From an uncultured Gammaproteobacteria bacterium (GTDB lineage: Bacteria > Patescibacteriota > Patescibacteriia > Magasanikbacterales > UBA922), in the NCBI GenBank assembly GCA_964394405.1, contig CAYMVY010000001.1:494633-558632 (forward strand): 64,000 nt of DNA, given 5' to 3'. Both the position numbers and the translations under genes were made by a program. The notes below the pieces were generated by a model, which was not told where the DNA came from, did no database searches, and was given only the letters and a program-made list of their open reading frames with translations. Positions 37,174-46,702 of this stretch are shown here, piece by piece (position 1 is the stretch's first letter; the number at the start of each line of letters is the position of its first letter).

Positions 37174-39021
37174 ATGTGTGGCATTAATGGTTTTAATTTC
37201 AAAGATCCTGATCTCTTAGAGCGGATGACACGGATCACCAGTCATCGTGGACCAGATCAGAATTCGATGTGGTCAGATGAACACATGTCGTTTGGGCATA
37301 ATCGTCTTGCAATTATTGATCTTTCTCCAAAAGGGAGTCAGCCGATGTGGGATGCCGCCCGGGAATTGGTGATTACGTTTAATGGAGAAATTTATAATTT
37401 TAAAGAACTGAGAAAGGAACTTGAAAAAATGTATTCTTTCCAATCAGAAAGTGATACAGAAGTTATTTTGTACGCTTATAAAAAGTATGGATACCATTGT
37501 GTGAAAAAGCTTAATGGTATATTTGCATTTGCAATCTGGGATACAAAAAAACAAGAACTTTTTATCGCGCGTGATCAAATGGGAGTAAAGCCCCTGTATT
37601 ATTATCAGAAGGACACTCGCGTTATCTTTTCTTCCGAGATTAAGGCAATTCTCGAGTGTCATGAGGTACCTCGAGCGGTAGATCGAGATGCGTTTTCATT
37701 TTATACGAGTATTCTATATATCCCCGAGCCGTACACCATGTTTCAGGGAATCAAAAAATTTCCTGCGGCCCATTATGCAGTTATTAGAAAAGGGAAGATA
37801 GAAATGCAAAAATATTGGGAAGTAACTGATTTTTCTGATATTCAGAATTATACAGAAGCAAAAGAGAATATCCATCATATTTTTACAGATGCAGTGCAAA
37901 GACAACTTATCTCAGATCGTCCAGTCGGTGTTTTCTTGAGTGGGGGCATTGATTCCACTGCAATTCTTGGTGCAGTCAGCGAATTTCACAAAGGAAGAGT
38001 AAAAACATTTTCAGTTGGTTTTAAGGAAAGTAATGATCCGAAAAAGTTTAATACAGATTTCAATCTCGCGCGAAAAACAGCGGCTTTTTATGGTACGGAC
38101 CATCATGAACTATTGATTGGGCCAGAAGAGGTTAAAGATAATTTAAAACAAATTGTCTGGCACCTCGATGAACCAAATTTTAATGCAACCGCAGGTGCGA
38201 TTTTTCTTCTAGCTCAGGAGGCAAAGAAAGATGTTGCGGTAGTGCTCGGTGGTGATGGGGGTGATGAATTGTTCGGTGGATATCCGCGTTATCACTACAG
38301 CCGATTACTCGGTCAGTATTATCGCATTCCGCTCCAAGTACGGCAATTACTTGAGCGCGTGGTGTCTCATGGACTGGCTCAAAAACTTACGCATCGTACC
38401 TCGACAGAGAGAGTGCTCGCATTTCTTGCGCTCAAACCAGACCTGCGTCGTGAAATGTTGAATCCAGATAAGCTAGAAAATAGAATTGTGCATACACATA
38501 TTGAAGAGTATTTTTCTTCACGATCTCTATATTCGGATGATTTTGAAAAACAATTTATGAATTTTGATCGTCAGAGCTGGCTTCGTGATGAATCATTGGT
38601 GCGTACGGATAAAATGACTATGGCGTTTGGATTGGAGGAGCGAGTTCCTATCCTGGATTATCGCCTGGTGGAATATGCGTATCGTATTCCCACACAATGG
38701 AAATTATCTCTGTGGCAGCGTCCGAGTAATTTTCAAGGAAAAAATATTTGGCGTGATGCAATCAAGAATTATATCCCTGATCATGTATTAAACGAACAGA
38801 AGCGTGGGTGGTTTACACCAATGGCAAAATGGATGCGGGGCGAGCTCAGAGAAACTGTAGAAGAATACATCTCTCCAGGACATCTCAACAGTGAGTTTTT
38901 TAACACGGCAGAAGTGCAGACACTATGGAAGGATCACCTCGAGGGTAAACGGTATAATCTGAATAGTATCTGGGCAATCGTTATGTGGCAGATGTGGTAC
39001 GATACATTTATCAAAAGGTAA
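37174..39021 (+). CDS. Asparagine synthase (glutamine-hydrolysing) family amidotransferase. In this context it is probably a glycan amidotransferase.
   Basis: It has an N-terminal Ntn Cys (MCGINGF), a PP-loop SGGIDS and C-terminal AsnB motifs. Confidence 0.8.
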   Translation: MCGINGFNFKDPDLLERMTRITSHRGPDQNSMWSDEHMSFGHNRLAIIDLSPKGSQPMWDAARELVITFNGEIYNFKELRKELEKMYSFQSESDTEVILYAYKKYGYHCVKKLNGIFAFAIWDTKKQELFIARDQMGVKPLYYYQKDTRVIFSSEIKAILECHEVPRAVDRDAFSFYTSILYIPEPYTMFQGIKKFPAAHYAVIRKGKIEMQKYWEVTDFSDIQNYTEAKENIHHIFTDAVQRQLISDRPVGVFLSGGIDSTAILGAVSEFHKGRVKTFSVGFKESNDPKKFNTDFNLARKTAAFYGTDHHELLIGPEEVKDNLKQIVWHLDEPNFNATAGAIFLLAQEAKKDVAVVLGGDGGDELFGGYPRYHYSRLLGQYYRIPLQVRQLLERVVSHGLAQKLTHRTSTERVLAFLALKPDLRREMLNPDKLENRIVHTHIEEYFSSRSLYSDDFEKQFMNFDRQSWLRDESLVRTDKMTMAFGLEERVPILDYRLVEYAYRIPTQWKLSLWQRPSNFQGKNIWRDAIKNYIPDHVLNEQKRGWFTPMAKWMRGELRETVEEYISPGHLNSEFFNTAEVQTLWKDHLEGKRYNLNSIWAIVMWQMWYDTFIKR

Positions 39022-39112
39022 TGAGCCATTGCAAGCTTGAATGAAATAGAAGGGTGTGATAAATTATCAGTGCTTTTTAAAGCAAACCGAAGGCTTAGAT
39101 TGTAGCTATTGA

Positions 39113-39898
39113 ATGGTTATTATGTTCGAACAAAAGAAGATTTTTGCAGTGGTACCAGCGTATAATGCAGCAAAAACGCTTGAAAAAACACTTACCGCAA
39201 TCCCGTACGGGGTGGTAGATACCGTTTTTGTGGTTGATGATGGGAGTAGGGATGACACAGCTGAGATCGCACGTAGGTTCAAGGTAACCCTCCTTCGTCA
39301 CGAAAAGAATAAAGGCTATGGTGCAGCGCAAAAAACAGGCTATGAAGCTGCGCTTCGGGCAGGAGCTGATGTTATTGTCATGGTACATGCTGATTTTCAG
39401 TATGACCCGACACTACTTCCTAAGTTGGTGGAGCCAATTGTGCGAGGAGTCGCTGATGCGTGTTTTGGTTCACGAATGGCTGATAAACGCCAAGCGTGGC
39501 GTGGAGGTATGCACTGGTGGCGTTTTGTCGCGAATATTGCCCTGACCATGATCGAAGAGATGGTGTTGCGTCTGAGACTTACCGAATACCACACCGGGTA
39601 TCGGGCATATAGTAGGAAAGTGCTCGAAACGATTCCATTTGCAAAGAATTCAAACAACTATGTGTTTGATACAGAGATGATTGTAGAGTTAAGACTGGGG
39701 AATTTTAAAGTTTCTGAGATCGGAATTCCTACACGGTATTTTTCTGATGCATCGTCGCCCAATTTTTTAAAAAGTGTTGAATATGGGTTCTCAACCCTAC
39801 ACATGCTTCTGCGATATATCCTTTTTAAATTTCGCCTGAAGATCTATCCGCAATTTACGATGCAGAATCCAAAAACACAGTCAGAAGTGATTAAATAA
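39113..39898 (+). CDS. GT2 family glycosyltransferase (DPM1-like polyprenyl-phosphate sugar synthase type).
   Basis: Motifs present: IFAVVPAYNAAKTLEKTL ... VVDDGSRDDTAEIA ... KGYGAAQKTGY ... HADFQYDP. Confidence 0.75.
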   Translation: MVIMFEQKKIFAVVPAYNAAKTLEKTLTAIPYGVVDTVFVVDDGSRDDTAEIARRFKVTLLRHEKNKGYGAAQKTGYEAALRAGADVIVMVHADFQYDPTLLPKLVEPIVRGVADACFGSRMADKRQAWRGGMHWWRFVANIALTMIEEMVLRLRLTEYHTGYRAYSRKVLETIPFAKNSNNYVFDTEMIVELRLGNFKVSEIGIPTRYFSDASSPNFLKSVEYGFSTLHMLLRYILFKFRLKIYPQFTMQNPKTQSEVIK

Positions 39899-39920
39899 AT
39901 GACATACTAGAGTATTTGTT

Positions 39921-40865
39921 ATGAGTGCAGAACAAAAGAAAATTGTAATTACTGGCGCAGGAGGTTTCTTGGGTTCGCACCTGGTCAAGCGCTGTCTCAG
40001 AGATGGTTACCAAGTTATTATTTTTATTAAACCCTCGACTGATCTTGCTCGGATTAAAGAAGTACTGCCCCAATTGACCTCATATGAGGTTGATATCACT
40101 GATGCGGATAGAGTAAGAGAGGTGATGCACGAAGTGAAGCCAGATGGAGTGGTACATCTTGCCGCATCAAATATCAAAAGTGGTGTAACTGCGAGCGATG
40201 AAGAGGTGGTGCGAGTGAATATATTGGGTATACGAAATTTACTTACCGGTCTTGCCGATATCGACTATCAATTTTTCATTAATACGGGCAGTTTCCTTGA
40301 ATACGGAATGAAGAAGAAACCTCTAGTAGAGGAGGATCGGTGTGACCCAACAGAACTCTATAGTGTTACTAAATTGGCGAGTACCCTATATAGCCAGAGT
40401 GTTGCGCGTGCGACTGGCAAACCGATTATTTCTTTTCGTTTGTTCACTCCCTATGGACCTGAAATCCAGCCTGGGCGTCTGATATATGAATTAGTCTCAC
40501 ACGCACTGAGAAACGAAGAAATAAAATTAACCGCGCCTTCAATCACTCGTGATTTTATCTTCATTGATGATATTATTGATTTGTATATGGAAGGTATCGA
40601 GCGGGCAAAAGACCTCAAAGGAGAAATATTTAATCTAGGTAGTGGCCAAGCGTCCACACTCGAAACAGCCGTAGGAGAGGTAGTGAGTATAACCAATTCA
40701 AAGAGTAAGGTGATGTGGGGTGCATTACAAAATGTTCAATATGATTCTGAGTTATGGCAAGCAGATATGAAAAAAACTTTTACTCATTTTAATTGGCGAC
40801 CAAGACATACACTTAAGGAAGGATTAACAAAAACAATTACCTGGTTTACACAGGAACATAATTAA
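39921..40865 (+). CDS. NAD-dependent nucleotide-sugar epimerase/dehydratase (SDR).
   Basis: The Rossmann motif is IVITGAGGFLGSHLVKRCL and a YxxxK region is present. Confidence 0.7.
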   Translation: MSAEQKKIVITGAGGFLGSHLVKRCLRDGYQVIIFIKPSTDLARIKEVLPQLTSYEVDITDADRVREVMHEVKPDGVVHLAASNIKSGVTASDEEVVRVNILGIRNLLTGLADIDYQFFINTGSFLEYGMKKKPLVEEDRCDPTELYSVTKLASTLYSQSVARATGKPIISFRLFTPYGPEIQPGRLIYELVSHALRNEEIKLTAPSITRDFIFIDDIIDLYMEGIERAKDLKGEIFNLGSGQASTLETAVGEVVSITNSKSKVMWGALQNVQYDSELWQADMKKTFTHFNWRPRHTLKEGLTKTITWFTQEHN

Positions 40866-40878
40866 TTTTTTATTCTGT

Positions 40879-42099
40879 ATGAAGAAAAAAATGATTAAAG
40901 TACCATACGCAGCTGCGGTCTATGGAGACGCTGAAATAAATGCAGCAATTGAAGTATTGCAGAATCCTTCAAGAATTGTCGCAGGGCCTGCGGTGAAAAA
41001 ATTTGAAAGTCGTGTGGCTAGTGTATTCGGGAAAAAAGTTGGAGTCATGGTGAATTCAGGTTCATCTGCGAATATGATCGCCCTTGAAGCATTTGATATC
41101 CCACGAGGATCAGAGGTGATTACTCCGGTACTTACATTTGCAACCACCGTTGCTCCATTACTTCAGAAAGGACTAGTCCCTGTTTTTGTCGACGTTCTTC
41201 CAGGAAATTATCAGATTGATACTTCAAAAATTGAAGCACTTATTACCAAGAAAACAAAGGCTCTGATGATTCCTTCACTTATTGGGAATCTTCCTGATTT
41301 AGTGCATTTACAAAAAATTGCAAAAAAGCACAAGCTCTGGCTCATCGAAGATTCGTGTGACACTCTGGGGGCAAAATTTGATGGAAAACCAAGTGGTACC
41401 TATTCTCATGCGTCCACAACCAGTTTTTATGCATCACATATTATTACTGCTGCAGGTGGTGGCGGAATGACCTGTTTTCATGATGAGAAGATTGGACGCA
41501 AGGCGCTTGTCATTGCAAATTGGGGGAGAGAGTCTACGTTATTCGGTTCATATGAACAATCAGAAGAATTAAAGCGACGTTTTGCTGGTGTGCTCGATGG
41601 ACAGCCATACGATGCAAAATTTTTGTTCACTGAAGTAGGATATAATTTTCAATCAGCTGAGTTGAATGGGGCGTTTGGATTGATACAACTTGATAAATTG
41701 AAGAAATTTATTCAGCATAGAAAGAAAATGTTCAAAGCATTAAGAACATTTTTCAAACAGTATGAACACTGGTTTATACTTCCTGAACAGGATCCTCGAA
41801 CTGATACTGCATGGCTTGCGTTCCCTTTGACACTTCGCACTGGCGTACCATTTTCTCGGTATGAAATAACCAAGTATCTAGAAGAACAGAATATCCAGAC
41901 ACGTCCTATTTTTACAGGGAATATTACTCGTCAGCCTGCATTCAAAAACACTGCATATAAGCGGGTTCCTGGTGCAAAATATCCAGTAGCAGATCACATC
42001 ATGCGGAACAGCTTTTTGATTGGATGTCACCACGGACTCACTCTAGAGCAGCTTGAATATGTCACCGAAACCTTCACAAGATTTTTGAAGAAATATTAA
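40879..42099 (+). CDS. DegT/DnrJ/EryC1/StrS-family PLP/PMP-dependent sugar-modifying enzyme, RfbH (CDP-6-deoxy-D-xylo-4-hexulose-3-dehydrase)-like.
   Basis: Family motifs present (VNSGSSANMIALEAF ... DSCDTLGAKFDGKPSGTY). Confidence 0.7.
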   Translation: MKKKMIKVPYAAAVYGDAEINAAIEVLQNPSRIVAGPAVKKFESRVASVFGKKVGVMVNSGSSANMIALEAFDIPRGSEVITPVLTFATTVAPLLQKGLVPVFVDVLPGNYQIDTSKIEALITKKTKALMIPSLIGNLPDLVHLQKIAKKHKLWLIEDSCDTLGAKFDGKPSGTYSHASTTSFYASHIITAAGGGGMTCFHDEKIGRKALVIANWGRESTLFGSYEQSEELKRRFAGVLDGQPYDAKFLFTEVGYNFQSAELNGAFGLIQLDKLKKFIQHRKKMFKALRTFFKQYEHWFILPEQDPRTDTAWLAFPLTLRTGVPFSRYEITKYLEEQNIQTRPIFTGNITRQPAFKNTAYKRVPGAKYPVADHIMRNSFLIGCHHGLTLEQLEYVTETFTRFLKKY

Positions 42100-42128
42100 T
42101 CTTCAGGTCTTTATCCAGTAGAAAAAGT

Positions 42129-42689
42129 ATGAATGTTGTACCCACACCCCTGCGTGGATTATATGTGCTCGAACCTCGCGTGTTCACTGATGAACGCGGG
42201 TTTTTTATGGAAGTGTATCGACAAGACACTTTTAAATCTCTTGGGCTTGAAGTCGGTCAGTTCGTGCAGAGTAATCATAGTAAATCACATGCGGGAGTGG
42301 TCCGGGGATTGCATTTTCAATGGGATCCACCATTAACCAAACTGATTCGCGTGATCAATGGTCAAGCATTTATGGTGGCAGTAGATATACGATATAATTC
42401 TCCGACTCGTGGACAATGGTTTGGTGTAGAAGTGAGCGCACTGAATAAGAAAGAGTTACTAGCGCCATTCGGCTTTGCAACAGGTTTTTGTGTGGTGGGG
42501 GAGGTGGCTGAAGTTGAGTATCAATACACGGCGCACTACAATCCTATGGGTGAGTCTGTAATTCTCTGGAATGACCCAGGACTTAATATAGAGTGGCCGG
42601 TGGAAGGACAAGTTCGCACCTCTGATCGTGATAGTAAAGGAACTACATTGGAAGAATGGTTGAGAGATCCGCGTGCCAAGCTCATCTGA
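42129..42689 (+). CDS. Nucleotide-sugar 3,5-epimerase of the RmlC cupin family.
   Basis: RmlC-type motifs present (GLYVLEPRVFTDERGFFMEVY ... HSKSHAGVVRGLHFQ). Confidence 0.75.
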   Translation: MNVVPTPLRGLYVLEPRVFTDERGFFMEVYRQDTFKSLGLEVGQFVQSNHSKSHAGVVRGLHFQWDPPLTKLIRVINGQAFMVAVDIRYNSPTRGQWFGVEVSALNKKELLAPFGFATGFCVVGEVAEVEYQYTAHYNPMGESVILWNDPGLNIEWPVEGQVRTSDRDSKGTTLEEWLRDPRAKLI

Positions 42690-42706
42690 GTAGCGAATAA
42701 TACGCT

Positions 42707-44413
42707 ATGCGTTTTTCTCTAAAAACATTGACTGCGAAAAAAAATATTCCGCTTTTGATAATACTCACGATTGCACTTTTGGTACGAGTTATCGGTATTG
42801 GTTTCGGACAACCATTATGGGTAGTGGGGGATGAACCCTCATTTATTTTTGGTGCTCTCAAAATGATTGAGCTGAAAACGCTGCTCCCCATTTTTCATGA
42901 CACTGTATTCAAGGGACTTCTGTACTATCCACCATTCCTATGCTATATCAACATACTTCCATTTCTTTTGTTGATCGGAATAAAGTTTCTTTTTTTTAAT
43001 GGAGCAATAGGGGATTTCAAGAATTATCTTCTTATTGATCTTACAGATTTTTTTATACTCGCACGCTGTATAAGCGCAGTAATTGGGTGCGCTACTGTGT
43101 GGCTGGTATATAAAATCGGAAAAAATATTTTTAAAAATGAAATCGTCGGACTCGCTTCGGCAAGTTTTCTCACACTTTCTTTTCTGCACGTTAACTTTTC
43201 TCATTGGGCGAGACATTGGACGTTTTCTACATTCTTTTTTGCTTTGATTATCTGTATTCTCTCCTCTGAACATATACAAGTCTCCAAGCGTTATCGATCC
43301 GCGATTCTTGTGTGCGCACTGGGTGTTGGAATTACACTTCCAATCATTATTTTGGGTCTATTTATCGCAATTTGGTTTTTGTACTATGAGAGAGTATCGA
43401 TAGTAGTACATATACGCAAAGCGTGGTTCTGGCAGGCACTGGTAGGTGCGGTACTCCTTATTGCCACTGCATATAGTGTGTGGCCCAGAGGGTTTTATGT
43501 TGCTCAGAATGCGACACATGATGCATTTTTTGCAGGTAAGACATTTATTGATTTTTTCAGAAGTTATTCCTTTTATGCAGTTGGTCTCATTCGCGGGGAA
43601 CTACTATTGTCTATATTCGGGCTTATTGGTTGTGTCTGTGGAATAAAAAAATTCAAAAGATATATCTTATCGAGTATTTTGTTTATCTTTGTGTACATCG
43701 CGATTTTTTATCTATTTTTCTTACAGACTGATCGCTTTATTCTTATCCTATATCCTCTATTTGTGACAATTGCGGGTTATGGATTCGTGACGACTGTGAA
43801 ATATAGTCTAAAGTACAGTCGCCCGATTACCTATTTTTTTGTCGGAGGACTCGTAGCTCTTCAGGCTTTTTTCATCATTAAATTTGAGTATCTTTTGGTG
43901 ATAGATGACACTCGAGTACAGGCGCGTGAATGGGTAGAGGAACATATTCCTGAAAAAAGTAAAATTGTGGTACTCGCCTCCTTGATGCGGTTACCGTCTA
44001 CAGCTGAGGCGATTAAAGAGCAAGAATATCTAGATAGTTCTTCACTTCGCTCTATTGATCGGGCTGAAGCAGTGCTTGATGACTCCTTCTTCAGTGGAAA
44101 AAGATACCATGCGCTCAATCTGAACTCAGTAAATTCGAGTACTTTGTATCAAGAGCTGGGTAACTACATTCTTACTCATGGATATCAATATATAGTGTAT
44201 ACCTCTGAATTTGCGACTGAAAAAGGAGTTCATGAATCACTCCTACACTTAGGGGTCCCGGTAAAAACATTTACAGGGTATAAGAAGCCTGGTTTCCAGG
44301 GAGAGTCAATAGTAAATGGCTTTGGGGGAGGCATTGTGGAGATACTGATGTCACGAAGTATTGGCCCTACGGTGACTATTTATAGGCTAGGCGTAGAAAA
44401 GTCCGAGGAGTAG
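42707..44413 (+). CDS. GT-C fold membrane glycosyltransferase (ArnT/PMT-like) with a C-terminal periplasmic domain.
   Basis: It is multi-pass. The first-loop motif is PLWVVGDEPSFIFGALKMIE (a DE motif). Confidence 0.55.
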   Translation: MRFSLKTLTAKKNIPLLIILTIALLVRVIGIGFGQPLWVVGDEPSFIFGALKMIELKTLLPIFHDTVFKGLLYYPPFLCYINILPFLLLIGIKFLFFNGAIGDFKNYLLIDLTDFFILARCISAVIGCATVWLVYKIGKNIFKNEIVGLASASFLTLSFLHVNFSHWARHWTFSTFFFALIICILSSEHIQVSKRYRSAILVCALGVGITLPIIILGLFIAIWFLYYERVSIVVHIRKAWFWQALVGAVLLIATAYSVWPRGFYVAQNATHDAFFAGKTFIDFFRSYSFYAVGLIRGELLLSIFGLIGCVCGIKKFKRYILSSILFIFVYIAIFYLFFLQTDRFILILYPLFVTIAGYGFVTTVKYSLKYSRPITYFFVGGLVALQAFFIIKFEYLLVIDDTRVQAREWVEEHIPEKSKIVVLASLMRLPSTAEAIKEQEYLDSSSLRSIDRAEAVLDDSFFSGKRYHALNLNSVNSSTLYQELGNYILTHGYQYIVYTSEFATEKGVHESLLHLGVPVKTFTGYKKPGFQGESIVNGFGGGIVEILMSRSIGPTVTIYRLGVEKSEE

Positions 44414-44485
44414 ACTAAACGTTTTTAATCTGTTAAAGTAGGTCGTGAATATCGATAATCAGACACTGAATAAAGGAAAAAATAT

Positions 44486-45538
44486 ATGGGCACTGGCACA
44501 AAAAATATATTGATTACGGGAGGCTGCGGTTTTATTGGATCGAATTTTATCCGCCATTTTTATCACCGTCATCCTGACTACCGGATTTTTAATTTGGATT
44601 TGTTGACGTATGCTGGGAATCCGGACAATTTAGTCGATATAGAAGAGCTAGAGCTTAATAGTAAGGCAGCAGAGAAGAGATATAATTTTATTTATGGAGA
44701 TATTTGCGACAGCAGACTCTTGGATATCATTTTTAGTCGATATGCTTTTGATTTGGTGGTGAATTTTGCAGCAGAAACACATGTAGATCGATCAATTATC
44801 AATACGAATAATTTTATACGAACTAATATCGGCGGTACCCATTCTTTGCTTGAAGCAGTACGCATTCATCGGGTGCCACGCATTATCCATATATCAACTG
44901 ATGAAATTTACGGATCAATTCCCGAAGGTTTATCGCATGAAAATACACCACTTCGTCCATCAAATCCCTATGCGACGTCAAAAGCCGCGGCTGATTTGAT
45001 CGTACAGTCATTTATCAATACTCATAAGGTCCCTGCAATCATCATTCGAGCTTCAAATAATTATGGACCTTATCAATATCCTGAAAAATTAATCCCACTC
45101 ACCATTTCTAATTTTATTGAGGGTGGAAAAATTTCAATTCATGGAACTGGTCAACACATACGGAGCTGGTTGCATGTGGAAGATTTTTGCTCGGCAATTG
45201 ATTTTGTGGCTGAGAAGGGCGCACTATTGAATATCTATAACGTCTCTGGAGAGGAGAGGACTAATCTAGATGTCGTACGTCTGGTTGCACGAGAACTGAA
45301 TCGCGTAGCGGATGATCATATACACTATATCAATGACCGTCCAGGAGCTGATGCTCGGTATGCACCGGATTATACAAAATTACGTGAACTCGGGTGGGAG
45401 CGGAAGTATTCATTTGATGAGAGTATGAAAGATGTGGTCGCCTGGTATATCAATAATCAGGACTGGTGGAAAAAAATTAAAAATACAAAAGAATTTCTTA
45501 ATCATTACGAAAAACAATCAAAAGGTCAGTGGTATTAA
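44486..45538 (+). CDS. rmlB: dTDP-glucose 4,6-dehydratase (RmlB-type).
   Basis: Motifs present: ILITGGCGFIGSNFIRHF ... NLDLLTYAGNPDNL ... NFAAETHVDRSI ... YATSKAAAD. Confidence 0.8.
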   Translation: MGTGTKNILITGGCGFIGSNFIRHFYHRHPDYRIFNLDLLTYAGNPDNLVDIEELELNSKAAEKRYNFIYGDICDSRLLDIIFSRYAFDLVVNFAAETHVDRSIINTNNFIRTNIGGTHSLLEAVRIHRVPRIIHISTDEIYGSIPEGLSHENTPLRPSNPYATSKAAADLIVQSFINTHKVPAIIIRASNNYGPYQYPEKLIPLTISNFIEGGKISIHGTGQHIRSWLHVEDFCSAIDFVAEKGALLNIYNVSGEERTNLDVVRLVARELNRVADDHIHYINDRPGADARYAPDYTKLRELGWERKYSFDESMKDVVAWYINNQDWWKKIKNTKEFLNHYEKQSKGQWY

Positions 45539-45554
45539 TTCTAAAACCGGCAAT

Positions 45555-46697
45555 ATGTCTCTGAGACAGGGGAAATTGTGCTATGTCAGTAATATTCGTC
45601 TTCCTACAGAGAAAGCTCATGGCCTTCAGATCATGAAAATGTGCGAAGCATTTACGCATCAGGGGATTGAAACTGAACTCGTAGTTTCAAGAAGAAAGAA
45701 TCATCTCACCGATGATCCATTTCATTTTTATACCATAGCAACAAGGTTTCAGATTGCTCGGATAGGTAGTATTGATTTATTGTGGTTACCATTTTTTAAG
45801 AAATGCTGGTTTTTGGTGCAAAATATAACATTTTATTTTTCAGTTAAAAAATATTTTTCCAGAAAAAACTCTCAAATTTATTATACACGTGATGTGCTTA
45901 TTGCTGCGTGGGCAAGCAGACGTATTCCTAACATGTTTTATGAAATTCATTCGTTGCCGAAAAAAGTACGAAGAATCCACCGTAAAGCATGGACAGGTGC
46001 TCGCGGTATAATTGCAATCAGTCAAGGAATCAAAGATGCACTTATTTCTTACGGAATTCCAGAGAGTAAAATTTTAGTTGCGCATGATGCAGTAGACATT
46101 CAACAGTTTCAAATTTTAGAGTCAAAACAAGAGTGTCGTGCCAAGCTGCAATTACCTCAAGCGCAGAAAATAGTACTGTACACCGGACATCTCTATGAGT
46201 GGAAAGGTGCTAATTTGCTGGCCGAAGCAGCAGAGAAGCTTCCTGAAACGATTCACCTTTATTTTGTCGGGGGCACTAATGAAGATATAGAATTGTTTAA
46301 AAGAAAATATCCCTATCAAAATATACATATTGTAGGTTGGCAGTCACATGACGTGATACCGTATTGGCTCCGGGCAGCTGATTTTGTGGTGCTCCCTACA
46401 AGTGCTAAAGAAAAGATTGGAGACGTGTATACGTCGCCTTTGAAGTTGTTTGAATATATTGCTTCGGGTACACCGATTATTGCATCGCAAACTCAGTCAA
46501 TTCAGGAAATTCTAAAGCCGGGAGACGCAACTTTTTTCCAACCAGATGACGTCTCTGATTTAGTAGAAAAGATAAGATCAAGTATTGAAAATAATAATGG
46601 GGCACAAGAAGACGCTGCAAAAAAACTTGCGAAAAATTTTGATTTGAGCTGGGACAGTAGGGCAGAGAAGATTTTAGAATTTATTTCTAAAGTCTAG
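45555..46697 (+). CDS. GT4 family glycosyltransferase.
   Basis: The C-terminal motif is VLPTSAKEKIGDVYTSPLKLFEYIASGTPIIAS. The start is set at the ATG at 45555; the track ORF from 45432 overlaps rmlB and uses a non-ATG start. Confidence 0.7.
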   Translation: MSLRQGKLCYVSNIRLPTEKAHGLQIMKMCEAFTHQGIETELVVSRRKNHLTDDPFHFYTIATRFQIARIGSIDLLWLPFFKKCWFLVQNITFYFSVKKYFSRKNSQIYYTRDVLIAAWASRRIPNMFYEIHSLPKKVRRIHRKAWTGARGIIAISQGIKDALISYGIPESKILVAHDAVDIQQFQILESKQECRAKLQLPQAQKIVLYTGHLYEWKGANLLAEAAEKLPETIHLYFVGGTNEDIELFKRKYPYQNIHIVGWQSHDVIPYWLRAADFVVLPTSAKEKIGDVYTSPLKLFEYIASGTPIIASQTQSIQEILKPGDATFFQPDDVSDLVEKIRSSIENNNGAQEDAAKKLAKNFDLSWDSRAEKILEFISKV

Positions 46698-46702
46698 TAT
46701 AT

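Noticed and set aside
45432-45554. N-terminal extension of the GT4 gene (track ORF starting at 45432) overlapping the 3' end of rmlB.
   Set aside because: The extension uses a non-ATG start, overlaps the upstream gene by about 100 bp and encodes no GT4-like sequence. The ATG at 45555 gives a normal GT4 N-terminus.
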